Of a stretch of DNA of 64,000 nt, positions 25,830-39,404 are shown one piece after another; positions within the stretch are counted from its first letter, which is position 1; each line of letters starts with the position of its first letter. Source of the DNA: Octopus sinensis (taxonomy: Eukaryota). Where the stretch lies: contig NC_043003.1 of assembly GCF_006345805.1 (NCBI RefSeq), positions 40,858,001 through 40,922,000 on the forward strand. The letters run 5' to 3'. The notes under the pieces were generated by a model. The model was given only the letters and a program-made list of their open reading frames with translations, searched no databases and was not told the origin of the DNA. Position numbers and translations under genes: made by a program.

Positions 25830-27267
25830 AGTTTCTTTATTGGCCACACAGGGCTGCACACAGATGGGACAAGTTACAAGGTAGAGCTTTTCTTTTAGGG
25901 GATGAAGAGAACAAAAAACAAAAGAAAAAAAAGGGGTGGCGTAGGTTTTCGATCAAGAGGGATCGTAAAAGGGAAGGAAAGAACAAAAACAAAAAAAAAT
26001 TGAATAAAATAAAAGGAATAAAAAGAAAAAAAACAAAAGGAAAAAGAAATGAAAAAAGAAGAAAAAAGGGGAAAAAAGGGGAAGAGGAAAAAAAGAACGA
26101 TCAATAGGGATCGTGTATCACAGTGTTATTATATATGGTGTAAAGGGGAAAGCAAGTAAGGTTTATCCGTGGGAAGAAAAGCCTACGAAAAAGACCACGG
26201 TAACCTTGGTCAATATTGTTATATGTTACCACATTTGTTTGCAAGTGGGTAACCCTCTGTTTTCAATTTCTGGGTTCATAGGATTATGCTTCGTCATTCA
26301 TACGTGCCATCCTTGCTACATTCACCCATCTTTTTTTAAAACATTCGCTAGACAAAACTTGCTTCTCTACTCTCACTTTCCTTTTCAAGTGGTACTTGAA
26401 GAAGTTGATGAGAGATTGACCAGAGAGGAAAGTGTTTGTCTCCAATCCTTTCAGACGCGTCCACCAGATACATTCTTTCGCCATAGCCACAAGGATGATG
26501 AAAATAGCTCTTCCTTCCCGTTTGAAGGAAGGAGGCGTGACAATATTGACGATAGACTCAGCTGATAAACCGACTCGTCCCACACGTGACAGCAGTTGTT
26601 CGACATAAGCCCACAGGTCGGAAATTGTTGGACACTGCACGAGTGCGTGCAGAACGGTTTCGTCGCTCTGACCGCATCTCGGGCACGTCGGCCCCGTGTT
26701 TCACGAGCCGTGTCTGTAGAGCTTATCCCGAACGGGTAGCGCTTCTCGGTAGCACTGCCAGGCCAGGGATAAGTCGTCCTGAACAGACGGGTCAGGTACT
26801 CCTCGTCGACGTCCAGGTTCGCCCCGAGCTCGTCGTCGTAACTCCCCTCCACTAATCCTCTATAGAATGCTTTGGTTGTGTTGAAGTCACTCAAGGTCGA
26901 CCCGGACGGCAGAGTTGCTTGAGAGCAACGCGACACTCGCGGGCCAATCGCCCTTCCTCGGCCTCTTTTTGATCCACGACTGCAGTTCGGTCATGGAGAC
27001 GAGCTGCGGGAAAGCGTGCCTCACAAACGACGACCACACCTGTTCACCGTCGTCTACATAGAGCCAGAGATGTCGCAGTCTCAGCGCGTGTCTGCGCATC
27101 ATCAACCACGGCATGCCCAGCCCTCCTTTTAACGGGTGTTGACAGCAAATGGATCGCCTGACCATCGGGACGCATCCTTTCCACAAGAAGCGAAAGAGAA
27201 TGCGTTGTACTTTGGTGATGGTAGGGTCGGGACAAGTACGACGGTCAGGCGGTAGTAGATGACGGAC
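25830..27267 (-). mobile_element. 5'-truncated L1/Tx1-like non-LTR retrotransposon (ORF2 C-terminus plus 3' UTR), young copy
   Basis: Encodes GGLGMP, WQCYREALPVRDKL, a CPRC-x8-H-x4-C zinc knuckle and AKECIWWTR; 11-bp TSD GAGAGTAGATA at 25819-25829 and 27268-27278; ends AATAAAGAAAC with no poly(A). Confidence 0.92.
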
Positions 27268-27275
27268 GAGAGTAG

Positions 27276-27308
<33 letters not shown>

Positions 27309-27331
27309 ATATAATATATATATATATAATA

Positions 27332-27414
<83 letters not shown>

Positions 27415-27415
27415 C

Positions 27416-27447
<32 letters not shown>

Positions 27448-27607
27448 GAGTCTGCAGTTATGCCGATTGAGAGATATATTAATAGATATGAAAATATATA
27501 CGGAGCCGAAAGTAGACGAAGAGAAATGAAAAAAAATGGAAATAAGCCCAATTGTTAAATAACTTGAACAGAACCTTGGTGGTAATTCAACAGCGAAAAG
27601 TGTAGTT

Positions 27608-27608
<1 letters not shown>

Positions 27609-27685
<77 letters not shown>
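27609..27685. repeat. (GATA)n microsatellite
   Basis: Visible directly. Confidence 0.95.
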
Positions 27686-27687
<2 letters not shown>

Positions 27688-28129
27688 GTGATTGATAAAT
27701 AGATAAATAAGTTTTATCTTTTCAGTTTATCTTTATTTCCCTAAACTATAAACTACATCATATTTGTCAAAAATGAAAAGAAAGTAAAAATGCCATGACT
27801 TCTATTTCAATTATATTTAAAATTGCAGTTTTTATTAACTGGTAGGATTTCAGAAGAATTTTGTGAAATTACTTGCTTGACTTCAATATATTAGCATAAT
27901 GTTTTCCGAAGATGATGAATTACACCATGGACTTTCATCCGGTGCTAGGTATTGTTATTATTAGTAAGGTTGAGAGCTAAACGAATCGTTAAGATTTTTT
28001 TGGGGGGGAATTTTTACGTTCAAACTTCAAATTCGACCGAGATCTACTCGGGGTACATACAATTGGCTAGCTCCACCATCACCAAATTTCAGGCAGGAGT
28101 CTTACTGTAGGAAGTATCATTATTATTAG

Positions 28130-28330
28130 TATTAAGGAGGTGATCTGGCAAAATGGTTAGCACGCTGGGCAAGATGGTTAGCGATAACTCGTCCGTTTTT
28201 ACGTTCTGAGTTCAAATTACTTTTCATTCTTTCAGTGTCGATAAAATAAGTAACAGTTGAACACTGACATCATTGTAATCGACTTAAACCCTCCCCCGAA
28301 ATTGCTGGCCTTGCATCAAAATTTGAAACC
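28130..28330 (+). mobile_element. SINE family B, diverged copy
   Basis: Head GGTGATCTGGCAAAATGGTTAGCACGCTGGGC..TTCTGAGTTCAAAT followed by GTCGATAAAATAAGTA. Confidence 0.75.
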
Positions 28331-28399
28331 ATTATTATTACTATTCTTATTATTAGTAACAGTTGTAGTAGTTGCTCTGTATTGTTTTATTAGCATTTA

Positions 28400-28610
28400 A
28401 AGGCGGCCCTGGTGTGTGATGGATATGTGATGCATTTGAAAGAGGACAATTATATGAGAAAGAGTCATGTAATCCAAATGAGCGGAACCTGCAGAAAGGT
28501 AGATGTAGGAAGAAGTTTTGAGTTATAATCACAGGATAATAGGTCTCACAAAGCAGTTGTCAAGGGACTGTAACAATTGGAGATTACGTAAAGGAGCACA
28601 AGGAAGTAAC
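28400..28610 (+). mobile_element. RTE-like LINE 3' fragment
   Basis: Hand translation GYVMHLKEDNYMRK..SGTCRK resembles the RTE ORF C-terminal W.GHV.R..G.R..GRP region. Confidence 0.45.
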
Positions 28611-28696
28611 CCACTATTGAAAAGCAAACATAAAGAAGCAATGATTAAAGATTAAGCGATCCAAATGTACTAAACCTGTAGAACTCGTGGAAAGTA

Positions 28697-29218
28697 CCGT
28701 AAATCCTCGAGTATAGTCCGCCCTTGAGTATAATACGCAGGGGATTTTTAGGGGGACGTACCTCTGAAAAACCTAAACCTTGTGTATAATACGAACCCCA
28801 TCTCTAACTTGAGTCAAGGAGGTCTATATAACGTCCTTCGTTTGTAAAAATGTATACAGTAACGTCCTTTATTATTATTATATATATATACAATAATGCA
28901 AACGTGTAGCTTTTTGTGTATTTTGTTTGCAGAAAATAAAGAAATAACAATAATAACAGTAATAACGTTTAATAAATGTTGTTTACTGCAAGTTATGGAT
29001 TCTTCTTTTATGACTTCATTGCTTTCAGGCTTAGCTTGAGGTATTTTCGCGCCCCACATCAAAAAATGCGTCTGAATAAACATTGCCGAACAGCAAATAG
29101 AGACTCGGACATCGCTAAGAAAATCATTTTCATTTTTAACCTCGTGTATAGTACGCACTAGGGATTTTGACCTTTAAATTTTTGGAAAAAAATGCGGATT
29201 ATACTCGAGGATTTATGG
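28697..29218. mobile_element. Tc1/mariner superfamily (pogo/Tigger-like) non-autonomous element
   Basis: 25-bp TIR CC(G/A)TAAATCCTCGAGTATA(G/A)TCCGC; TA on both sides. Confidence 0.88.
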
Positions 29219-29975
29219 TAGTTGTGAGGAATGATCTTTGGATTTTTCAACATCACAAAGAAGACAAGGGATTATGGCAAGTATGATACACCATACTGGA
29301 GAAGACCTTTCTAACTCATTAAAGCATGGAGATTAGACATAAAATGATAATGATGCTGTATATATATTAGATTAATCTAATTAAACAAAAGCAAAAAAGG
29401 ACTGTGAGCTTTAGTTATGTCGGTTTATGTTCTAAGTTCAAATCTGGATAGGGAAAACTTGTCCATTTATCGTTTCGGCCTATATAATATAAAAACTGGT
29501 CAATACCGATGGAATATTTAATCGACTTCTCATACACCCATCACTCAGATGTGGTGGCGCAGTACCAAATATACTGATCTGGTGCCAAATTTGGATACTA
29601 TTATTATTATATACAATTTGTAAAACTGCTGTTCTTGAGTTTTCATTTTATACCGAATATGAATATATGTGTGTATATATGTGTGCTTGCGTGTCAGCTT
29701 ATGGATGAATGAAAGAACAGCTATTAGTATTTGTCTTGGAAGTCTCCAGAATATATTCAATGAGCGCCGGAGACAGTCTTATATACTGGCCAAATTCCCA
29801 ATCACCAACGGTCTGTACCATTTTCGATTTTTTTTTATAAGGAAATAAATCGGTTTGAAAAAAAAACTTAGATATGAAACAACTACAAGACACATCAAGC
29901 AGTAATAACATCAAACAAATAAAAACATCAAAAAAGAACTTCATAAAACAACAACAAAAGAGCATCAACTAACAT

Positions 29976-30027
<52 letters not shown>

Positions 30028-30078
30028 GTGTGTGTGTGTGTATGTATGTATGTATATATATATGTATAGGTATGTATG

Positions 30079-30114
<36 letters not shown>

Positions 30115-30656
30115 TACATATGTATGTATGTATATATATATACATGCATGTATGTATATATATATACATGCATGTATGTATAATATTATATATAATATTA
30201 TATATATATATATATAACTGTATGTATTATATATATACATATATATACATACATGTATGTATATATATATACATATATATATATGTATATATATTATTTT
30301 GTACTGGTTTCAGTCAAATATGAACACACACACACACACACATATTTTATGTATATATATATATATATATATGCATATATACATACATGCTTACATACAT
30401 ACATACATACTTACATACATACATACATACTTACATACATACATACATACATACTTTCGCGTACATGTATATATGTGTGTGTGTGAGTGTGTGTATGTGT
30501 GTTAACTTTCGCCTTCCAAAATAACCATTCTAAACGTATTTATATTTATCACTTGCTTGCTGTCCAATTATTGCAACTTGAATTCTGACAACATTCTGTG
30601 ATATGTGACGTGATTCATTCCGCCAACCATCTTTTTGTGTTCCTTCTTCCAGCCAT

Positions 30657-30701
<45 letters not shown>

Positions 30702-31209
30702 CCCTACTACTTTTCTTCCCTTCTTTTTATATCCTTGTTTCTTTTATTCCCTCTTTGTTGATATATCACTTTCTTAATTTTTCATTTTTATATGTATGTA
30801 AATAATATTTTTATTTTATTTCATTTTATTACTGATATTTACTGTTTCTAATCTTGTTTATTTATATTCTGTTTATTCTGTTGCCGAGTAGTCAGACCTC
30901 TCCTTAAAAAAATGGTTTACGATCAGTGTGTGTGTCTTCGTTCGTATTACACTGGGTGTGCTTATCTTTGTTTATGTCTGAACGTAGCTATGTATCAGTA
31001 TGTGTGCTTGCGTGTATATTTGCTCTTCCCGCTGTTACTATATGCTCTAGGGTTGTTTTTTGTTCCATGCATGTGATTGTGTTTGAATGCGGATATGTTT
31101 GTCTACGTGCCTAATTTTATTTTGGTATATTTGTGCAGTTATGATTGAGCGGGATGTATGGCTGTTTCAATATGTGTATGCGTGTATACATGTATTACTT
31201 GTTCCTACA

Positions 31210-31246
31210 CTTGTTATTATTATTATTGATATTATTATTATTATTA

Positions 31247-31314
<68 letters not shown>

Positions 31315-31330
31315 ATTATCACTATTAATA
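31210..31330. repeat. (ATT)n microsatellite
   Basis: Visible directly. Confidence 0.95.
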
Positions 31331-32153
31331 TTATCATTTTTTTGCTTTTCATTTCAAAATATATCTCGATTATATATGCGTGTTCTCGCCTCTTAGTTGA
31401 TACTGACATATGTATATATATACGCTTTGTGAGTGTATACATGACGAAGTATGTAACGGCCGATATGAATATATTATGCATATATATATACGTATGTATA
31501 CAGAAACACGTATATATATATATATATATATAGCTATACTCATATATTTATAAATACATTTTCGATGAATCTATGAATCTACATGTGTGTATGTATGTTT
31601 GTGTATCCCTGTGTCTGTATGTGTGTGTGAATTTGTGTGTGTGTGTTTATGTTTATCAGTTACTTTATTTTTACCCATGAAAAGTACACATTTAACATTT
31701 TTATATTTCGCTGCTCTATACACACACGCACGTACACGCATACACACATACACACACTACGCACATGCACACAGGTCGCACACGCATACACATTGATGCA
31801 GTCCTTTTGAATAGCACTGCTCTTGTATGATTGTTTTAAGGTTGACATTATTAACAATCAATATATTTTACTAGTTTACAATGAATGATTCTCTAAATAA
31901 TATATGTATGTATATGTGTATATACGTATTAGATATATATATTTGTGAGTGTGTATATATACTTACATACACACACACACACATATATGTATGTATGTGT
32001 GTTTGCTGTCTTAAAATAATCATTAGACTGGAAAGTGTACAAAAATTTGTCAACGGCAACAATGTTATGCTAATGTAATTTTCAGTCAAATAGGTAACTT
32101 TCAAAAGAATAGAATAGTCACGGGTTACAATACTATCTATCTATCTATCTATC

Positions 32154-32242
<89 letters not shown>

Positions 32243-32282
32243 CTCTGACACGCAAGCACACATATATACACACATATATCTA

Positions 32283-32394
<112 letters not shown>

Positions 32395-32527
32395 TATGTA
32401 TCTATCTATCTATCATCTATCTATCTATTTGCTGTTTGTCTCAAGAGCATGAGAAGAAAATGCAAAGAAAGGAGTAAATAATTGCACACACTTGCAGTAA
32501 ACGAAACATGATTATATATATATATAT

Positions 32528-32578
<51 letters not shown>

Positions 32579-32639
32579 CATATACGTGTATGTATATATA
32601 TATATATATATATATATCATGTACACATATAGATATAGC

Positions 32640-32677
<38 letters not shown>

Positions 32678-32690
32678 TATATATATACAT

Positions 32691-32731
<41 letters not shown>

Positions 32732-32759
32732 TATAGATAGATAGATAGATAGATATGGT

Positions 32760-33085
32760 CGACCAGCCAATGTTCACTATTCGACTCCAAAATCACATTT
32801 CGCAACGGTTCTAGCATCGGCTTTCCTAATGGTCCATGTTTCTGAGCCATACAGGGCTACACTCCATATTAGTGTTTTCAGAACCATCTTCTTTAGGTTT
32901 TATTTTGATTTCCCCCTCGCTTCTCTCATCCGCTGTTTTTAGGCATCCAAGGTATTTAAATTGTTGAATATGCGCTAGTTGATTTCTGTTAATGTTGATC
33001 TGCAGATTCTCTTCTCCTTTCCTAATTATCATTACTTTAGTCTTCTCTTGGTTTATTCGCATCTTCTATCTCTCATGTATTACAA
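32760..33085 (-). pseudogene. RTE-clade LINE reverse transcriptase C-terminal fragment
   Basis: ORF 32826-33062 reads INQEKTKVM...QFKYLG...EI; the shifted frame continues LIWSVALYGSETWT, typical of RTE. Confidence 0.85.
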
Positions 33086-33147
33086 TAAGACCTGATATGA
33101 TGGTCTGTCATGATGTGTACACACACACACACACACACACACACACG

Positions 33148-33180
<33 letters not shown>

Positions 33181-33299
33181 TAATACAACAAGAGGCTTCC
33201 AAATAGGAAAGCCTTGTGCTAGAAAGAGCAGTAGAAAACTCAAACCACCAATTAAATGTTGTATTTCTATGTCTAAAGACTCCGCCGGTTACTACGACG

Positions 33300-33577
33300 A
33301 GGGTCCCAGCTGCTCGTGAAATTAACGTGCAAATGGCTGAGCATTCCACAGACACGTGTACCCTTAACGTAGTTCTCGGGGATAATCAGCGTGACACAGA
33401 GAGTGACAAGGCTGACCCTTTGAAATACAAGTACAACTCATTTTTGCCAGCTGAGTGGACTGGAGCAACGTGAAATAAAGTGTCTTGCTGAAGGACACAA
33501 CGCGTCGCCGGGAATCGAACTCTCAACCTTACGATCATGAGCCGAATGCCCTAACCACTAAGCCACGCGCCCTCACT
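33300..33577 (-). mobile_element. CORE-type tRNA SINE, family D
   Basis: tRNA head plus CORE-like CACTTTATTTCACGTTGCTCCAGTCCACTCAGCTG; tail shared with 23650-23830 and ~58790-58930. Confidence 0.8.
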
Positions 33578-34074
33578 ATTTCTATGTGAATAATATATAG
33601 TCTAATGACTAATTTGTTTTTGTGCTAGGCCACTTGTAATAATAATTTCTTATTACCCTATTGTTATAACGAAAATTAACTCGTGAAGAAAGTCACTATA
33701 AGAGACGAAAGTAGTATCTATACTGAAAAGTAATGTTTGTCGCCCTGTAAAGATGGGTTTTCGCACAATAGGCGATACCGATGTTTTAACTCCATGAGGC
33801 CACCTCCTCCAGCTGGTTACTCAATGTGCTGAGCATTCATTATATATTGCATCCGATGAGAGAACTCGCTACTATTCCAGCTATTGAGACCTTTAGATCA
33901 CGCGGTTTCGACGTTATTATGGTTATCCTGGTTGATAGTTACTCGCCTGCTAGACATAGCACTAGTTCACCCCTATTTGCAATATATAGAAAATAAATGA
34001 CACACCAGTCTCTGATTTTGCAACAAGCAAATTAGCAAATATATATAAATATTCTTTGGCGTATTTAAATATAT

Positions 34075-34304
34075 ATTTCTTTACTACCCACAAGGAGCTA
34101 AACACAGAGGGGACAAACAAGGACAGACAAACGGATTAAGTCGATTACATCGATCCCAGTGCGTAACTGGTACTTAATTTATCGACCCCGAAAGGATGAA
34201 AGGCAAAGTCGACCTCGACAGAATTTGAACTCAGAACGTAACGGTAGACGAAATACGGCTACGCATTTCGCCCGGCGTGCTAACGTTTCTGCCAGCTCGC
34301 CGCC
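34075..34304 (-). mobile_element. SINE family B with a Tx1/L1-like tail
   Basis: Near-identical to 12172-12398. Confidence 0.88.
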
Positions 34305-34964
34305 TTTCTATTAAATATAGTTTAACGTGCAATGTGTAAATGTCGATGCAAATTGCCAGGGTTAGGTGCACTTAATGTGTTTTCAGACAAGCTCCGAAGA
34401 CTGCCCACATCACTTATTTCGCAAGTTGATAATGTTAGCGTGTCTCTTTCTTTTTTCCTTCTTTTTTGTCTCTTACAGATTTTGTTTTAAATGCTCATTC
34501 AATTTCCTTCTCAGTGTCATCTCTTTTTCCCTATGTGTTGAGTTTCCAAATTTAGGCTCCTCACTAACCTCTTCTTGTCTCGAAGATCGTCTCTCTCTGT
34601 CTCTCTGAAATCCTTTTCTTGTTCCTTTTTTAAAACCTGCTACAAGTCACTGACTTGTAACTGTTCGAGCGAAATTTTAACTTCTTCCTGCTCGGATTGA
34701 GGGTACCGGAAAAAAAAACATTGCAACATACTCTTCGCAGGCCATTTTCCCTCCAAAATAAACGAATTAAAATAAGGCATCCACAATAAATATGAACATT
34801 TAATGTATTTTTTATTGTACCGTTTTTCATCATTACAGATGACACGATTGAGCATTTTACTATACCTTGTAAATAAGCAGACATTTGTAATGAAATGCCA
34901 CGAGTACAGCTGACATACATTGTTCATTATCATTTATGTCTAATATCAATCAAGGAGTGGTTGC

Positions 34965-35215
34965 ACGTGACTTAGTGGCTTACGGTGTTAGACACGTGAT
35001 CGGAAGATCGTGTCTTCGAATCCTGGAGCGGATGATGCCATGTGTTCTTGAACAAAATCTTCATCTTACGTTACTCCAGTCCACTCAGGTAGAAAAATCT
35101 GAGTAATCCTGCAACAGAGCAGCATCTCGTTCAGGGGTAAATAAATGCGTCACGGAAACCTGGAAACCGGCCCTATCAGTCTATATGACCCGGGAAGGAA
35201 TGTTATCCTTTCCTT
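34965..35215 (+). mobile_element. CORE-type tRNA SINE with a V-domain-like segment, family E
   Basis: tRNA head, CORE-like segment, then CCTGC..TCGTTCAGGGG..GGAAACCTGGAAACCGGCCCTA, shared with the 55300 and 58311 copies. Confidence 0.7.
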
Positions 35216-35944
35216 TTTTTTTTCTTTGCTAGCAAACAAGGCTGTGTAATACTACAACGATCGGATTCAACTTAGAGTCTACATAGTTCTAACCTATACG
35301 GCGCTGCCTTTTTACGGCATTTCGTGTACGCTCCACATACAAGTGTAAGCTGGTCTTGTTAGCAGATTGTGAGAACGGACAGGATCTTCTTCATTGGTGT
35401 CTCTCTTGTCACTTACGTTGCTTATGTTATTGTTGATGGTTTTGATGGTTGCTATAGTCGTTGGCTTCGTATATATTTTTTATTGTAATTTATAAGGCAG
35501 TTTTGGCAAACATTCTCATTCCTTACCTGCAGGTTATTTTAGTGGTTGTGTAATCCGGGTCTCATTAGATCTTTGAGAAACAGGTTCTGATTTTACTCGT
35601 TCACATGACAGTAAATTCTTTGCCTGTGCAAATTAATTAACTTAAGTACTTTGACTTATTAACAAGCTATAAGCCACTGGCTTTCTGCGTGCGATGAGCG
35701 AAGTAGACACAGTTGATAAACCAGCAATAACCAGGTAAGTTGCTGTCCAGTTTGTTTTATGAGAGAAGAGGTGATGTTTAATTACAAGGTCTATTAACAC
35801 AATAAAGTTAAATGTATGCTTCTTTAAAAGTACACCATGTAATTTTCGTCACCATTTATCCACATACACGCTAAGTACCATAGTTAAATACATACATAGA
35901 AATACACACACCTACACATGCAATCTCTCTCATTCTCCCCTACA

Positions 35945-36110
35945 CATATGTATTTCTCCCCGGTTCTTTGCGTTCCAAGTTCAAATTTGGCCGAAGTCGA
36001 CTTTGCTTTTCATCCTTTTGGGGTTGATAAAATAATGTATCTGTCAGGTAGATGGTTTGAATGACTCGACTTCTCCCCATCCCCCAAATTGCTGGCCCTG
36101 CGCCAAAATT
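35945..36110 (-). mobile_element. SINE family B fragment; a second partial copy lies on + at 36135-36255
   Basis: GTCGACTTTGCTTTTCATCCTTTTGGGGTTGATAAAAT body and related head sequence. Confidence 0.65.
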
Positions 36111-37927
36111 TGAAATCATTATTATTATCATTATTAAGGCGGTGGAAGTCGGTGAGCTGGCAGAATCGTTGCTACGCCAGAAAAAAATGTTTAGCGGTAT
36201 TTCTGCCGACTTAACCTTCAGAGTTCAAATTCCGCCGAGGTCGACTTTTCCTTTCAATACATGAAAGCATAGACGTGGAAAGTTTGGAGAACCATTGCCA
36301 CGCCTGACGAAATGCTTAGCTGCATTTCTTGCAGCATTTTACGACCTCAAATCAAATGCCATTGCGGTTGATTTGTCTTCCAACAATTCGGGATCGTTAA
36401 ATACCAATTAGCACAGGAGCTAGCCAATATAATAAAAAAGACATCAAATATCACCGAACAAATATTGTTAGAGACTTAAATCAGCTGCTGCTAATGTCGA
36501 ACTTGTGACCATTTCATCCACTCTTACATTCATCATTCATAACGGTTGATTTGTGATAGGATATTTTTTACATCGTATTCCATCCTATTGTTACACAAAA
36601 GGTGACACTGTGTGATCTCTCATACTCTAACACGTACTTTCATTTTCATTCGAGATCCATATATCATGTCTTTTGTCATATCATTGTATTTTTGATCACC
36701 GTCTAGTATTACTGCTAATTCATCTTCTATTATCTGTGACGCCATCGATATCACTACTGTTTCAATTATCGTTGCTATAATGTGTGCTTGCTTAAGTGCA
36801 TGATCTTTAAATATTTATTTTATCTTCTATCTTTGCTAATTCTGTCCGATGAATATAGCGAGCTATAAATGGTTGAGTATAAGCTTCCTGTAAGTTGACA
36901 ATATAAAACAGGTTCGATCACTTTACTGGAGACAATGTCAACTTCTTACATCGCAGACACTCTGCAAGTCTGTGTGTATATGTGAGTGCGCGTGTGTAGC
37001 AATGAGGTTCGCGTCATAAGCGCGTGGTTACAGACTCGATTCTATTGGTTGTTATCTTAAGATGTTTGGACTAGATGCAACCATATATATGCCTTATGAG
37101 TGGAATTTGATAAACGGAAGCTGTTCTGATTCTCTTCGTATGCAGATGTATATACCTACGTATGTGTTTGTGTGTGTGTGTGTGTGTGTATTCTTTTATA
37201 CTTTTATTTCTCTCTGTTATTTGACTGCGACCATGCTAGAGCACCGCCTTAAATGATATTATTCGAAAACATTGACTCCGGAACTTATTCTTTGTAAGCC
37301 TAGTACTTATTCTATAGGTCTCTTTTGCCGAACCGCTATGTTACGGGGACGTAAACACACCAGCGTCGGTTGACAAGCGTTGGTAGAGGGACAAACACAG
37401 ACTCAAAGACACACACACACACATAAATATATATATACACGTATACATTTACATCCACACGTATACACTTATAATTACATGTACGTACATATGTGTGTAT
37501 ATGTGTATATGTGTATATGTGTATATATGTATATGCGTTTATATTTGCTTTTGTCAACTGCCTTAGAATTATGACCCTTCAGGTCGCAATTGTACTTTAG
37601 CGATTCCATAAATAGAGAAATCAATAACAGAAGTTCCAGGCTGGAATGCTCACTAGGAGCGATATAATCAAATATAACTCTTCCATTTAGCGTTATTCCA
37701 GCATGGTGCACACTCAAAAGAACGAAACAATAATTTAAAGCAAAGAGAACAAAGAAGCAAAACAAAATTGCTTTAAAAATGATCCAACACCGCTGTATCC
37801 CAATTCCTACGCTCTTAGTACGGAGATCCATGTGGTTCCGAGCCGATAAAAGCCTTTTGGCCTTGTGAGTGGATTTGGTTGACAGAAACTGAAAGAAGTC
37901 CGTTGTAATATTTCTTTCTTTACTTAT

Positions 37928-38220
37928 TTATTACCACCGCCTTAGCGAAGGCGGAGGTATTGTTTCCAGTCCTGTAAGTTTGTTTGTTTGTCCGTGGACA
38001 AGATATCTCAAAAACTGCTGGAGGGATCCGGATGAAACATTCAAGGATGTTTGGCCTCGCGACTGGCACGAACTCATTAGATTTGGGGATCGATCCGATA
38101 CCAATCAAGGATTTGGGATTATTTCTTATATTTACTTTACATGAAGTATTACGATCTCGCGTTGACTGAGGACGTTGGTGTTGTCTTGACGGAGGTTTGC
38201 GCTTTCTGAGTGCCCGTGTT
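37928..38220 (+). mobile_element. Helentron-associated non-autonomous element (HINE-like)
   Basis: 5' TTATTACCACCGCC with hairpin CCGCCTT-AGCG-AAGGCGG; 3' sub-terminal TTGACGGAGG then GCGCTTTCTGAGTGC; T-rich ends. Confidence 0.7.
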
Positions 38221-39037
38221 TATTTATTGTTCTGATACAAGAATATTGTTGACAGTGACTCCAACGATGGCTTCGCTGGCCGAAACTTCGAAGTCACTGT
38301 CAACAACATTTTTTTATGAGAATGATAAATTTATACTCTACAAAAGTATAGAGTAAACATTTCGATTAGTGTAAAATTATTTGAATTATAACTGCACATA
38401 AAAACAGACATTAATATACATGTGTGTTTGCATATAAATATATATAAACGTGTGTGTCCATCTGTGTATGCTTTTGTGTTTGGGTCTTCCTTTAGAACAG
38501 CTTAACAACCGGTGTTGGTTTCATTCCATTATCTTTATTTAGCTGTTCGGCATAAGAACCGGGCTTAAAAAAATATATATGCTAGGTTGACTTGTTCGGT
38601 TAAAACTCTTCAAGCTGGTGCCATAGCTTGGGCGCAGTCCAATGACTGAAACAAGCAAAACATAAATCATAAAAGAGATATGCAATGGTAATAGGGCTAT
38701 GTTCCCACTAAAGTCAACCTCGTATTTTGGCCTTTAGCTTCCACCTCTAATCATCCTATGACGTCCATTTTCGTTTCCATCGTTACATTCTCCCCTTTCT
38801 TGTCGGTGTTAGTAGAACTCTTATCTTTTCCATTGTCTTTCCTAATCATCAGTTGACAGTTTTATAGTTAGCTACAACTAAATAAATACAATAGACTTGA
38901 AGCGAAGCGATAAAGAGTTTATCAATAATCTGTCACCAATGAGAGAAGACACAATAGTCCTGTCTCGTCATAAAATGCGTGTGTAAATATATGTGAGTGT
39001 ATGCATATACATATATATATATACATATATATATTTA

Positions 39038-39039
<2 letters not shown>

Positions 39040-39128
<89 letters not shown>

Positions 39129-39130
39129 AC
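39040..39130. repeat. (CTAT)n microsatellite
   Basis: Visible directly. Confidence 0.95.
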
Positions 39131-39249
39131 ATACATACATACACACACACACATATATATATATATACATTTTCATATATTTAAACACTCGTAAACACAA
39201 GCAACACACGCGCATAAAAGTAAACACACATACGTATGAATACATACAT

Positions 39250-39317
<68 letters not shown>

Positions 39318-39359
39318 ATATATATATGTATTTATATATATATATGTATGTATGTAATG

Positions 39360-39404
<45 letters not shown>

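Noticed and set aside
34380-34950. Possible mariner DD34D remnant (LNRVICNDEK on minus; HHLFRKL on plus)
   Set aside because: The motifs are weak and on opposite strands, and no TIRs were found.
35410-35630. Minus-strand splice-like signals (CAG|GTAAGG, AAC|GTAAGT)
   Set aside because: The candidate exon has stops in all three frames and there is no supporting gene context.
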